From NCBI GenBank assembly GCA_963702475.1, contig CAVPCT010000004.1:1-64000 (forward strand): DNA of 64,000 nt, read 5' to 3'. Origin of the DNA: an uncultured Thermoleophilia bacterium. GTDB lineage: Bacteria > Actinomycetota > Thermoleophilia > UBA2241. This document shows, in pieces, positions 10,654 through 20,952 of this stretch. The notes under the pieces were generated by a model. It ran no database searches. It was not told where the DNA came from and worked only from the letters and a program-made list of their open reading frames with translations. Position 1 is the stretch's first letter. Each line of letters starts with the position of its first letter. The position numbers were made by a program, and so were the translations under genes.

Positions 10654-11118
10654 GTGGACGCTCTGGATCGCGAAGTACTGCTGGCGCTGCAGGCCGACGG
10701 GCGCATGTCCAATCTGTCGCTCGCGCGCTCCCTGGACCTCTCGCCGTCGGCCATGCTGGGCCGCGTCCGCAGGCTGGAGAAGGCCGGCGCGATCCGCGGC
10801 TACCGCGCCATCATCGATCCGACCGCGCTTGGGATCACCGTACGCGCGCTGGTGGTCGCTCGCCTGCGCGAGCACAGCGAGCGGTCCATCCAGGCCTTCG
10901 AGGAGGGCATCCGCAACGTGCCCGGGGTGCGCGCCTGCTACCACGTCACCGGGCAGTTCGACATGGTGGTCGAGCTCGCACTGCGCGACCTCGACCACCT
11001 GGGCCAGCTCATCCGCGTCGACATCGCCCGCATCCCCGGGGTCATGAACCTCGAGACCATGCTCATCCTGGCCGAGTCCGTCGAAGACGAAGGCTGGCCG
11101 GTCGTCCCGCAGACGTAA
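10654..11118 (+). CDS. Lrp/AsnC family transcriptional regulator
   Basis: MDALDREVLLALQADGRMSNLSLARSLDLSPSAMLGRVRRLEKAGAIRGY; CYHVTGQFD. Confidence 0.92.
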   Translation: MDALDREVLLALQADGRMSNLSLARSLDLSPSAMLGRVRRLEKAGAIRGYRAIIDPTALGITVRALVVARLREHSERSIQAFEEGIRNVPGVRACYHVTGQFDMVVELALRDLDHLGQLIRVDIARIPGVMNLETMLILAESVEDEGWPVVPQT

Positions 11119-11131
11119 GCAAGGAGGCACC

Positions 11132-11989
11132 ATGCCCAAGAAAGGCGTCTTCGACCTGCACGAGATGAAGCGCGCCGGCGAGCAGATCGCCTGGCTCACC
11201 GCCTACGACTACCCCACGGCGACCTTCGAGGAGGCGGCGGGCATCGACATGATCCTCGTCGGCGACTCGCTCGGCATGTGCGTCTACGGCTACGCCGGCA
11301 CGGTGCCGGTGACCATGGAGCAGTGCATCGTGCACTGCGAGGCCGTGCGCCGCGGCGCCCCCGCCACCTTCGTCCTCGGCGACATGCCCCTGGGCAGCTA
11401 CCAGGCCTCCGACGAGGACGCCGTGAGGAACGCCGTGCGCTTCTGCAAGGAGGCGAACGTCGACGCCGTCAAGCTCGAGGGCGGCGTGCGCACGCTCAGC
11501 CGCGTGAGGGCCATCCTCGACGCCGGCATCGTCGTCTGCGGCCACATCGGCCTCACGCCGCAGTCCTCCGGACAGCTCGGCGGGCACAAGGCGCAGGGCC
11601 GCACGCTGGACAGCGCGAAGCTGGTGGTCGAGGACGCCCGCGCCCTCGCCGCGGCCGGCGTCCAGCTGCTGCTCGTCGAGGCCGTGCCGCCCGAGGTCGC
11701 GGGCTTCATCCGCGCCGAGCTCGCGATCCCCGTGCTCGGCATCGGCGCCGGCGCCGACGTCGACGGCCAGCTGCTCATCGTCAGCGACGTGCTCGGCACC
11801 TTCCAGGCGTTCACGCCCAAGTTCGTCAAGAAGTACGCCGACCTCGCCGGCCTCTCCACGGCGGCGCTCACGGAGTACGTGAAGGACGTGCGCACGCGGC
11901 GCTTCCCCGAGGAGCAGCACGCCTACCTCATGCTCGAGGGCGAGGCGCAGAAGTTCGTGGAGTGGGCCGGCGCGGATGAGGGGAGCTGA
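11132..11989 (+). CDS. panB: 3-methyl-2-oxobutanoate hydroxymethyltransferase
   Basis: LTAYDY, ILVGDSLG, GDMP.GSY, VKLEGG, GHIGLTPQS, GIGAG..DGQ.L...DVLG, PKFVK. Confidence 0.93.
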   Translation: MPKKGVFDLHEMKRAGEQIAWLTAYDYPTATFEEAAGIDMILVGDSLGMCVYGYAGTVPVTMEQCIVHCEAVRRGAPATFVLGDMPLGSYQASDEDAVRNAVRFCKEANVDAVKLEGGVRTLSRVRAILDAGIVVCGHIGLTPQSSGQLGGHKAQGRTLDSAKLVVEDARALAAAGVQLLLVEAVPPEVAGFIRAELAIPVLGIGAGADVDGQLLIVSDVLGTFQAFTPKFVKKYADLAGLSTAALTEYVKDVRTRRFPEEQHAYLMLEGEAQKFVEWAGADEGS

Positions 11990-11997
11990 GCACCGTC

Positions 11998-13259
11998 ATG
12001 TCGCACCCGCTCCCTGACCTGGGCGTCGTGGGGCGCCCTTCGTCAGGCTTCACCCCGGCCGAGCGCGTCGCGAGGCTGGGTACGGAGACCGTGTTCGCGG
12101 TGTCCGCTGAGGCCGCCAAGCTCTCCGCACTCGGCAGGACTATCTACCCGTTCCACCTCGGCGACCTGAACATCCCGACGGCGGACCACATCATCGAGGC
12201 GATGGACCGCGCCGTCCGCGAGGGCAAGACCACGTACTGCGCGAACGCCGGCGTGGCGTCCCTGCGCGAAGCGCTGGCGGCCGACGTGAGCGCCGCGCGC
12301 GGCGTCGACCTACGGGGCCGACAACGTGTCCATGCAGCCGGGCGGCAAGCCGGTGATCGGCAAGTTCCTCATGGCCGCCATGAACATGGGCGACGAGGTC
12401 CTGTACCCCAACCCCGGGTTCCCGATCTACAGCTCCTTCATCGAGTTCGTCGGAGGGGTCGCCGTCCCGTACGGCTTCGTCAAGGACGGCGACCGCTACA
12501 CGCTGGACCTCGAGAGCCTCGAGCGCGCCATCACGCGGCGCACGCGCATCCTCATCCTGAACGACCTGCACAACCCCACGGCGGCCGAGTGCACGCCCGA
12601 GGAGCTCGAGCGCGATCGCCGGCTGGCCGTGCGCGCACGACCTGCTCGTGCTCAGCGACGAGGCCTACTTCGACGTGCGTTTCAGCGGCACGAGCCGCTC
12701 CATCGTCTCGCTGCCCGGCATGCCGGAGCGCACCATCATCCTGTACACGTTCAGCAAGAAGTACGCCATGACGGGCTGGCGCATCGGCGCCGCCATCGGA
12801 CCCGAGCCCATCATCGAGATCATCACGCGCCTCAACGTGAACATCGAATCCTGCGTGAACCACTTCACGCAGTACGGCGCCCTGGCGGCGCTGACCGGCG
12901 ACCAGGCGGGCCCCAGAGAGATGATGGCCCGCCTCGAGCGTCGCCGCGACGCCGCCCTCAGGCTGCTCAACGCGATGCCCGGCGTGAGCTGCCCCACGCC
13001 GGAAGCGACGTTCTACCTGTACCCGGACGTCACCGAGGCGGTGCGCCTCACCGGCTGCGCCGGCCACGAGGACTTCCGCCGCCTGCTCCTGGACCGCACC
13101 GGCGTCTCGTTCTGCACCCGACAACACTTCGGAAAGGCACTGCCGGGCGAGACCAGCTATCATCTCCGCTTGGCCTATTCAGGCGTCACAACTGCACAGA
13201 TCGAAGAGGGCCTGGGCGCGATGAAGACCTTCCTCGACTCCACAGCGTCCGCGTCATGA
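11998..13259 (+). CDS. PLP-dependent class I/II (aspartate-type) aminotransferase (+1 frameshifts near 12312 and 12615)
   Basis: HLGDLN, PGGKPVI, YPNPGFPIY, NDLHNPT, LSDEAY, FSKKYAMTGWRIG, ATFYLYP, LRLAY across three frames. Confidence 0.85.
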
Positions 13260-13278
13260 CCCCCAAGGAGACACCACG

Positions 13279-14733
13279 ATGAAAGAGCTGCCCGTCGTCG
13301 GCCTGGAGAGCCGCCTCAAGGTCCTCTCCGACGAGAAGTGCCAGAAGATCTACGACGCCGCGCTGACGATCATCGCCGAGATCGGCATGACGGTGCCGCA
13401 CGCCGAGGCGCGCGAGATCCTCGTGAACGGCGCCGGCGCCACGGTCGAGGCCGATGACGTCATCAAGATCCCGCGTGAAGCCGTCGCCGCGGCGCGCGAC
13501 ACCGTCCCCGAGATGATCCACGTGTACGACCGCAACGGCGAGCTCGCCATGCAGCTCGGCGGCACCAACTCGTTCTTCGGCACCGGCTCCGACCTCATGA
13601 GCATCTACGACTTCGAGACCGGCGAACGGCGCCCCAGCGTGCTCGCCGACACCGCCCGCATGGCGCACCTGTGCGACGGCCTCCCCAACATCGACTTCAT
13701 CATGTCGGCCGCCCACCCGCACGACGTGCCCGCGTACGCGTCGTACCTCGAGTGCTTCCGCCAGATGGTCACGAACACCACCAAGCCGATGGTGATGACC
13801 GCCGCCGGCGTCGAGGACCTCGAGGTCATGTGGAAGATCGCCTGCGCTTTCCGCGGTGGTGAGGAGGAGCTCCGCCAGAAGCCGTACTTCATCCAGTACG
13901 GCGAGCCGGTGAGCCCGCTGCAGCACGCACCCGAGGTGCTCGACAAGATGCTCCTCTGCGCCGACAAGGGCATCCCGCTGATCTACTCGCCGGCCCCAAT
14001 CGCCGGCGCCACGGCGCCGATGACCCAGGCCGGCCACATCGTGCAGGCCGTCGCCGAGTCGCTCTTCGGCGCGGTGATCCACCAGCTCCGTGTGCCCGGC
14101 GCCCCGCTCCTCACAGGCATGGGACCGGTCAAGCTCGACATGAACACATTCCAGGCCCTCTACAACTCCGCCGAGTACTACACCACCATCCTCGGCATCT
14201 GCGAGATGGCCAAGTGGATGGACATCCCCAACTGGGGCTACGCCGGCACCAGCGACTCGCAGTGTGTGGACGCCAACGCCGGCATCGACATCACCGAGCT
14301 CACCCTGCTCTCCATGCAGGCCGGCTCCAACCTCAACCACGACATCGGGTACCTGGACTTCGGCCTCACCGCCGCCGGCGAGCTCGTGGTGCTCACGGAC
14401 GAGGTCATCTCCCAGATCCGGCGCACGCTCGAGGGCATCGAGGTCACCGACGAGACCCTCGGCCTGGACGTGATCGCGGCGGCCGGCCACGGCGGCGACT
14501 TCCTCAAGAGCAAGCACACCAAGAAGTACGTGCGCGGCCAGCAGTGGAAGCCCACCATCCTCAACCGTGACACCCAGAAGAACTGGGAGGCCGCCGGGTC
14601 GCTGACTGCCACGGAGAAGGCCCACCAGAAACTGCTCGACATCATGGCCGACCACACGCCGGAGCCGATGAGCGCCGAGCTCAGGCAGACTGTGGACGAG
14701 CTCGTGGACGCCTACGTGGCGGCCGGGGCGTAG
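13279..14733 (+). CDS. MttB superfamily methyltransferase, non-Pyl (Thr at Pyl-equivalent site)
   Basis: FGTGSD, EPVSPLQH, AGATAPMT.AG, PNWGYAGTSDSQ, GSNLNHDIGYL, ETLGLDVI. Confidence 0.92.
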   Translation: MKELPVVGLESRLKVLSDEKCQKIYDAALTIIAEIGMTVPHAEAREILVNGAGATVEADDVIKIPREAVAAARDTVPEMIHVYDRNGELAMQLGGTNSFFGTGSDLMSIYDFETGERRPSVLADTARMAHLCDGLPNIDFIMSAAHPHDVPAYASYLECFRQMVTNTTKPMVMTAAGVEDLEVMWKIACAFRGGEEELRQKPYFIQYGEPVSPLQHAPEVLDKMLLCADKGIPLIYSPAPIAGATAPMTQAGHIVQAVAESLFGAVIHQLRVPGAPLLTGMGPVKLDMNTFQALYNSAEYYTTILGICEMAKWMDIPNWGYAGTSDSQCVDANAGIDITELTLLSMQAGSNLNHDIGYLDFGLTAAGELVVLTDEVISQIRRTLEGIEVTDETLGLDVIAAAGHGGDFLKSKHTKKYVRGQQWKPTILNRDTQKNWEAAGSLTATEKAHQKLLDIMADHTPEPMSAELRQTVDELVDAYVAAGA

Positions 14734-14794
14734 CGCAGGCCGCCGTCACACCGCCGATCACTGACCCGCGGGCGCCGAGCGCCAGGAGGACGAC

Positions 14795-15445
14795 ATGTCA
14801 CAGGACCTGTACGACCAGATGAAGCAGTCCGTCATCGACGGCGAGGTGGAGGACGCCGAGCGCCTCGCCCAGGAGGGCCTCGACGCCGGCCTCGCCCCCG
14901 GCGACATCCTCGACTCGGGCTTCGTGAAGGGCATCGAGGAGGTCGGCGAGCTCTTCGGGCGCGGCGAGTTCTTCCTCCCCGAGCTCGTCCAGGGGGCCGA
15001 GGCCATGAAGGCCGCCGTGGCCGTCCTGCAGCCGGCCCTGGACGCCGCCGGCGGCGAGCGCAAGAGCCTCGGGGTGGCCGTGGCCGGGACCGTGGCCGGC
15101 GACATCCACGAGATCGGCAAGACGATCGTCTGCAGCATGCTCAGCGCCGCCGGCTTCAGCGTCACCGACGTGGGCTGCGACGTGCCGGTCGAGACCTTCA
15201 TCGCCAAGTGCCGCGAGGTCGACGCCGACCTGCTCCTGCTCTCCGCCCTCCTGACCACGACCATGCCCAACCAGCAGAAGACCATCGAGGCGCTCAAGGA
15301 GGCCGGCCTGCGTGACCGCGTCAAGGTCATGATCGGCGGCGCCCCCACGACCCGCGCCTGGGCCGACGAGATCGGCGCCGACGGCTACGCCGAGGACGCC
15401 ATCGAGGCGGTCAGCGCGGCCAAGGCGCTGCTCGGGGCGGACTGA
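14795..15445 (+). CDS. Methyltransferase cognate corrinoid protein (MttC/MtbC/MtgC-like)
   Basis: N-terminal B12 cap (FFLPELV..AEAMK), B12-binding GDIHEIGK (DxHxxG), SALLTTTM, IGGAP, GADGYAEDA. Confidence 0.93.
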   Translation: MSQDLYDQMKQSVIDGEVEDAERLAQEGLDAGLAPGDILDSGFVKGIEEVGELFGRGEFFLPELVQGAEAMKAAVAVLQPALDAAGGERKSLGVAVAGTVAGDIHEIGKTIVCSMLSAAGFSVTDVGCDVPVETFIAKCREVDADLLLLSALLTTTMPNQQKTIEALKEAGLRDRVKVMIGGAPTTRAWADEIGADGYAEDAIEAVSAAKALLGAD

Positions 15446-15459
15446 GCACCGCCGGCACG

Positions 15460-15547
15460 TCAGCGGGGGGTGCGCCCCGCAGGGGCACCACCTCCTGAGC
15501 GCCGGAAGCGGGCTTCAGCGGGGGGTGCGCCGCAGGGGCAGCGCTCA
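15460..15547. repeat. REP-like imperfect tandem repeat (TCAGCGGGGGGTGCGCC(CC)GCAGGGGCA twice) between convergent genes
   Basis: Copies at 15460-15487 and 15515-15540. The segment 15496-15547 aligns with the 52-bp unit at 29212. Confidence 0.7.
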
Positions 15548-15607
15548 AGAGGAGAAGCGGACCAGGACGGGCCGGCGGCGCGCATGCGCCGCCGGCCCGT
15601 CCTGCCC

Positions 15608-16588
15608 TCACAGCGGCAGCCGCACGCCGGCGCCCCGCTCAAGCGCCCGCTCGTAGAGCACGAGCGCGGTGACCACGTCGTCGACCGCGATGCCCATGTT
15701 CATGCAGAAGAGACGCTCGTCCGCGCTCGTCCGGCCGGGCTTCAGACCTGCCGCCACCTCGCCCAGGTCCGCCGTCACCTCGTCCGGGATGCCCCCGAAG
15801 TAGGCGCCGTGAGCCTTCGTCGCCAGCAGTTGCTCCGTGTCGTCAGAGAAGAACCCGTCACACTGCCGCATCGCGGCGCCGGTCCAGTCGGCGTCGTAGT
15901 CGAGTGCCACCGCCAGGGCGCCGGACTTGAGCACGCCGGCGTCCAGGTCCGGCTTCGGCTCTTCGACGATGGGGATCGCCGTGAGCGTCACGTCGGCGGG
16001 GCGCACCGCCGCCGGCGCGGAGGGGCACGTCACGAACCGCAGCGCCGGGAACAGGGCCGCCATCTCGGCGATGAAACGGTCGTTGGCGGCGCGGTCGATG
16101 TCGTAGCAGCGGATCTCGGCGAGCGCCGGGAGCACCTCGACGAGGGCCCGCAGACTGGTCCGCGCCTGAACGCCGCAGCCGACGACGGCGGCCGTCTCGC
16201 TCTCCCGGCGCGCCAGGTACCTCGCGGCGATGCCGACGCTGGCGCCGGTGCGCATGGCGGTGATCCAGGCGCAGTCCAGCACCGCCACCGGGAACCCGGT
16301 CTCGCAGTCGTTGAGCACGACCAGCCCGGAGATGTAGGGGATGCCCCGTTCCTTGTTCGGCGGATAGCCCGAGACCCACTTCACGCCGGCGACCTCGCCG
16401 GCGCCGTTCACCCAGGCGGGCATGGCGTGGATGAAGCAGTCCGGTCGCGGGTGGATGCCCGGCTTCGGCGGCATCTCCACCAAACCCCGCGCCTTCGCCT
16501 TGAAGCCGTCGTCGAGGGCGTCCAGCACCTCGCACATCGTCATGCCGAGCCCCTCCACGTCGGCTCGGCTCAAGTAGATCAGGTCCAC
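15608..16588 (-). CDS. Ornithine cyclodeaminase / mu-crystallin family protein (archaeal-type alanine dehydrogenase/imine reductase-like)
   Basis: EMPPKPGIH, HAMPA, GVKWVSGYP.N, ITAMRTGA, GCGVQA, GIAVDD. GTG start. Confidence 0.9.
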   Translation of the reverse strand: MDLIYLSRADVEGLGMTMCEVLDALDDGFKAKARGLVEMPPKPGIHPRPDCFIHAMPAWVNGAGEVAGVKWVSGYPPNKERGIPYISGLVVLNDCETGFPVAVLDCAWITAMRTGASVGIAARYLARRESETAAVVGCGVQARTSLRALVEVLPALAEIRCYDIDRAANDRFIAEMAALFPALRFVTCPSAPAAVRPADVTLTAIPIVEEPKPDLDAGVLKSGALAVALDYDADWTGAAMRQCDGFFSDDTEQLLATKAHGAYFGGIPDEVTADLGEVAAGLKPGRTSADERLFCMNMGIAVDDVVTALVLYERALERGAGVRLPL

Positions 16589-16887
16589 GCTGCCTCCCGG
16601 GTCGCCGCCATCACGTCCGACCCTACAGGCGCGGCCGTCGAACGCAACGCCGCGACCCCACCCGAGACAGGCTCGCGCCGGCGCGACACCGTCCCCGGAT
16701 CAGGGTCTTGAAAAGCAGCCTGCACTTGATATGCAGTAGATATTCCGCGACCAGTTCGCGGCCATCGTGGCGGGAGACAGCGCGGCGGCGGAGCGCCTGG
16801 CCCGGCGCCACGCGGGCTTCTCCGAGGAGCTGCTCCGCCGCGTCGTGTAGCGACACGCTGCTTCCACCTTCCACACGAGGAGATTCC

Positions 16888-18300
16888 ATGACCGACAGCC
16901 GGCTCACCACCTGGGACACGCGCTCGTGCGAGCGCGTGCACGAGGCCACCTTGGCGGTGCTCGCGGACCCAGGCGTGGAGGTGCTGCACGAGGGTGCGCG
17001 CGCCCTCTTCGCCGGGGCCGGCGCGCGTGTCGAAGGCACGCGCGTCCACTTCACCGCCGCCTTGGTCGACGCCGCTCTGGCGGCCGCCCCGCGCAGCTTC
17101 CTCCTGCCTTCGCGCGGCGGCCACGACGACCTCGTCGTCGAGGACGGCCGCGTCTACTTCGGCAGCGGCGGCGACTGCCTCTTCACCCATGACCTGGAGA
17201 GCGGCGAGCGGCGGCGAGCGCGGCTCGCCGACGTGGCCGCCTTCGGAGCTCTCACGGAGCAGCTCCCCAACCTCGACTACGTGATGTCGATGGCCCTGCC
17301 TGAGGACGTCCCCGAGACGGCCATCGACGTGAGCGTGGTCGGCGCGCTGCTGCGGTCCACGCGCAAGCCGCTGCTGATCTGCGCGACGTGTCCCGCCGAG
17401 ACCCTGCACGAGCTGCGCCGCATGGCCGAGCTGTGCGGCGCCATCGACTCGCTCGCCATCTACGCCATGGCCTCGCCGCCGCTCAAGTTGGACGCGAGCG
17501 CCGCCGGGCGGCTGATGGCCTGCGCCGAGCTGGCCCTACCCCTGGTCTGGTCCGGCGGTCCCGGCCCCGGCATCTCGGCGCCCTGCTCGCGCGCCGGCAT
17601 GGTCGTCGAGCTCAACGCCGACGTGCTCGCCGGCTTGGTGCTCCACCAGCTCGTGCACCCCGGCGCGCCCTTCGTCCTGGGCGCGCTGCACACCGGCCTC
17701 GACATGCGGACCTCCGCGATGACCTACACGAGCCCCGAGATCATGGCGCAACAGCAGGCCAGCGTGGAGCTCTGCCGATACTACGGGCTGCCGTCCTTCA
17801 CCTACGGCGGCGTCAGCGACGCGAAGACGCTGGACGGGCAGTGGACCGCCGAGACGGCCGTCACCCTCGCGTTGGCGGCCCTGACGGGCGGCACCCTCCT
17901 CCACGACATCGGCTACGTGGAGTCGTCGTTCCAGGGTTCGTACGAGTCCCTCATCCTGGGCGATGAACTGGTCGGCTACGTGCGCGCGTACCTGCGCGGA
18001 GTGACGCTCGACGACCTCGACCTCGTCGTCGACGAGATCCGCGCCGTGGGCCCGGGCGGCACGCACCTGCCGCGCCCGTACACGCGCAGACAGCACCGCT
18101 CGCTCTGGCGACCCGGGGTCGTGGACCACTGGATGCACGACCACTGGGTGGAGCAGGGCGAGAAGACACTGCTTGACCGGCTGCGGGAGCGGGCGCGTGA
18201 GCTGAGGGACGCGCCGCCGGCGTTCGCGCTGCCGGACACGGTGCTCGCGGAGATCGACGCCTGCGTTCGCGCGGCAGGCGGGCCCGTCCCGGCGGTCTGA
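16888..18300 (+). CDS. MttB superfamily methyltransferase, non-Pyl (Val at Pyl-equivalent site)
   Basis: YFGSGGD, APCSRAG, LDMRT, PSFTYGGVSDAK, LLHDIGY, VGPGG. RBS GAGGAG before ATG 16888. Confidence 0.88.
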   Translation: MTDSRLTTWDTRSCERVHEATLAVLADPGVEVLHEGARALFAGAGARVEGTRVHFTAALVDAALAAAPRSFLLPSRGGHDDLVVEDGRVYFGSGGDCLFTHDLESGERRRARLADVAAFGALTEQLPNLDYVMSMALPEDVPETAIDVSVVGALLRSTRKPLLICATCPAETLHELRRMAELCGAIDSLAIYAMASPPLKLDASAAGRLMACAELALPLVWSGGPGPGISAPCSRAGMVVELNADVLAGLVLHQLVHPGAPFVLGALHTGLDMRTSAMTYTSPEIMAQQQASVELCRYYGLPSFTYGGVSDAKTLDGQWTAETAVTLALAALTGGTLLHDIGYVESSFQGSYESLILGDELVGYVRAYLRGVTLDDLDLVVDEIRAVGPGGTHLPRPYTRRQHRSLWRPGVVDHWMHDHWVEQGEKTLLDRLRERARELRDAPPAFALPDTVLAEIDACVRAAGGPVPAV

Positions 18301-18351
18301 ACCGGTGGTCCATCCCTGGGTCGATGGCCGCCTGGCTGGCGAGCCCGTCGA

Positions 18352-19197
18352 TCACCCCAGCGCCAAGCCGACCACTCCGGCGAGCACCATCCCGGCGGCG
18401 ACCCACTGCAGCGGACGCAGCCGCTCGTGCAGCAGGGCCTGCGCCCAGAAGACGGTCACCGCGGGACTCAGCCAGCCGAGCACTGCCACCACGCTGAGGA
18501 GGCCAAGCGTGGTCGCGATCGTGTAGAGAGTGTTGGCGGTGACCAGAAAGACGCCCACGACCACGGCCGCCGGTGCCGACTGCGCACCGAGGTGCAGGCT
18601 CGGCCGTCGAACGGCCAGCACGATGACGAGCAGGAGCAGCGCCGAGACACGCGCCGTCGCCACCGACCAGTACGGATCCACATCGTCGCCGTAGCCGTAC
18701 GCGACCAGCACCACCCCCACCATGAATGCCGCGAACAACGCCAGGAGTACGCCGGCCGTGCCGGCTCGCTTCTCGTTCTGCGGTTCGCGACGCTGCGGAC
18801 GCGAGATCAGCACGATGCCCGCGACGGTCAGCGCCATCCCGGCCAGCTGGATCGCACCCGGTCGTTCACCGAGGACGAGGCCCCACGCGACGGGCACGAT
18901 GGCCGCCCCCGCGAAGATGGGCGCAACCACGCTCATCGACGCGAGCGCCATGGCCTTGTACTCGCTCAAGGCGCTCAGCGTGATCGCGAAGCCCGCGACG
19001 GTCGGCGCCACGAGATCCCCGGCTGAGATGACGGGCGGAGAGAGGACGGCCAGCACGGCCAGCGCAGCCACGACGGCCGTCGCCTGACTCACGAGCGCGA
19101 CGGCCCACACCGTCGCACGGCGCACCTGCAACCCGGCGATGTAGTCGGAGGAACCCCACAACAGGCTGGCCGCCAGGGCGAGGAGCGCCGCGATCAT
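18352..19197 (-). CDS. EamA/DMT family transporter
   Basis: About 10 hydrophobic segments, WG..D, GERP and ERL repeats typical of EamA. Confidence 0.85.
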   Translation of the reverse strand: MIAALLALAASLLWGSSDYIAGLQVRRATVWAVALVSQATAVVAALAVLAVLSPPVISAGDLVAPTVAGFAITLSALSEYKAMALASMSVVAPIFAGAAIVPVAWGLVLGERPGAIQLAGMALTVAGIVLISRPQRREPQNEKRAGTAGVLLALFAAFMVGVVLVAYGYGDDVDPYWSVATARVSALLLLVIVLAVRRPSLHLGAQSAPAAVVVGVFLVTANTLYTIATTLGLLSVVAVLGWLSPAVTVFWAQALLHERLRPLQWVAAGMVLAGVVGLALG

Positions 19198-19411
19198 GAG
19201 TGTCCACCTTCCTTCGCGCCCCTCGGGCGGCCCGGTCTCGCCGGCGGCGTGGCAGAGGCCTCCGGCAGGCGCCCATCATAACGCCGCGGCCGCCCGTTCC
19301 CTCCGCGCCTCCGCGGAGACCTTGACTGCGACTCCGCCCGTGTGACACAAGAGTCGGGCCACCGGCGATCGCGGGCGGCCGCACACAACGCGAGACAGGG
19401 GATGCCACGAC

Positions 19412-20860
19412 ATGACGGCAGGCGAAGTGACCGACGGTTTCTCGCACACGTTCCGCATGCTGTCCCCGTCGCAGCTCGACGCTGTGCACGACGCCAGCAC
19501 GCGGATCCTCGCCCGCTCCGGGGTCCGCGTCTCCAGCGCCGAGGCCACGGCTCTTCTGCGCGAGGCGGGAGCGTTCGTGGACGACGACCAGGTAGTGCGC
19601 ATCCCCGCCCACCTCGTCGATTGGGCCGTGGACGCCGCCCCTCGCACCGTCCCGGTGTACGACCGCCGCGGCACCGAGGCGATGCGGCTGGGCGGACGAC
19701 GCACGTACTTCGGCACCGGCTCGGACACGCCCAACGTCCTCGACCCGCGCACCCACGAGCGTCGGCCGGCTCTGCTCGAGGACGTGTGCCAGACCGCCCG
19801 GGTCTGCGACGCGCTGGAGAACGTCGACTTCCTCATGTGCATGGGGATCGCCTCGGACAGACCGGCAGCCACCGCCGAGCTGCACCACTTCCACGCCATG
19901 CTGCGCAACAGCACCAAGCCGGTGGTGTACACGGCGCTGGACCTCGAGGCGGCGGCGAGGCTGCTCGACATGGCGAGCCTGGTCACCGGCGGCCGCGAGG
20001 CCTTCCGGGAGAGACCGTTCGCCATCATGTACATCGAACCCGTCTCGCCGCTGACCTTCGCCCCCGACGTCATGGACAAGCTGCTGTTCTGCGCGGACAA
20101 CGGCATCCCGTGCATCTTCATGTCGGGCATGCTGGCCGGCGGCACCGGGCCGGTGACGCCCGCCGGCGGCCTGGCCCTGGCCAATGCGGAGGCCCTCGCC
20201 GGTCTGCTCATCGCGCAGCTCAAACGTACCGGCACGCCCGTCATCGCCGGCGGCGGCATCCTCGGTATGGACATGCGCAGCGCGATCTCCAGCTACAGCT
20301 CTCCCGAATTCATGCTCACCATGGGCGCCATGGCCGAGCTCGCCCGCTACTACCGCATCCCGTCGTGGGGCTACGCCGGGTGCACCGACGCCAAACAGTT
20401 CGACGAACAGGCCGCCGCCGACACTGCGGAGTGGGTGATGACGGCGCTCCTGACGGGCTCCAACCTGGTGCACGACGTCGGCTTCCTGGAGAGCGGCATG
20501 ACTTCGTCCCTGGAGCAGGTTGTCTTCGCCGACGAGACGATCGGCAAGTGCGCCCGTATCCTGGGCGGCATCCAGACCGACGAGGAAGCGCTCGCCGTCG
20601 ACGCGTCGTGCGCCGTCGGGCCGGGGGGGAGCTTCCTCGGGCACGCGCACACCGGGATGCACTACCGCGCCAACTGGCGGCCCGGCCTGGAAGACCGCTC
20701 GACCTACGGCGGCTGGCAGAGGCGGGGTGCTCCCACCATGCGCGAGCGCGTCGCCGAGCGGGTCCTCGAACTGCTTGACGCCCACCAGCCCGAGCCGCTA
20801 CCCGCCGGGCTGGACTCGCGGCTCGCGGCCGTCATCGACGACGCGGAACGGATGGGCTGA
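19412..20860 (+). CDS. MttB superfamily methyltransferase, non-Pyl (Cys at Pyl-equivalent site)
   Basis: YFGTGSD, EPVSPL, GGTGPVT.AG, MDMRS, PSWGYAGCTDAK, GSNLVHDVGFLESG. Confidence 0.92.
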   Translation: MTAGEVTDGFSHTFRMLSPSQLDAVHDASTRILARSGVRVSSAEATALLREAGAFVDDDQVVRIPAHLVDWAVDAAPRTVPVYDRRGTEAMRLGGRRTYFGTGSDTPNVLDPRTHERRPALLEDVCQTARVCDALENVDFLMCMGIASDRPAATAELHHFHAMLRNSTKPVVYTALDLEAAARLLDMASLVTGGREAFRERPFAIMYIEPVSPLTFAPDVMDKLLFCADNGIPCIFMSGMLAGGTGPVTPAGGLALANAEALAGLLIAQLKRTGTPVIAGGGILGMDMRSAISSYSSPEFMLTMGAMAELARYYRIPSWGYAGCTDAKQFDEQAAADTAEWVMTALLTGSNLVHDVGFLESGMTSSLEQVVFADETIGKCARILGGIQTDEEALAVDASCAVGPGGSFLGHAHTGMHYRANWRPGLEDRSTYGGWQRRGAPTMRERVAERVLELLDAHQPEPLPAGLDSRLAAVIDDAERMG

Positions 20861-20952
20861 GCAGGCCGATCCCGCGCCGTCTTGTCGGTATGGCCGGTCT
20901 CTGCCCCGCCGGCCACCGCCGGCGGCCCGACGGCGCCGCACGGGAGACACGC

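Noticed and set aside
16720-16736. CTGCA-N7-TGCAG palindrome between the OCD gene and mttB
   Set aside because: Short, single occurrence, and not seen in the paralogous intergenic region at 22826-23076.
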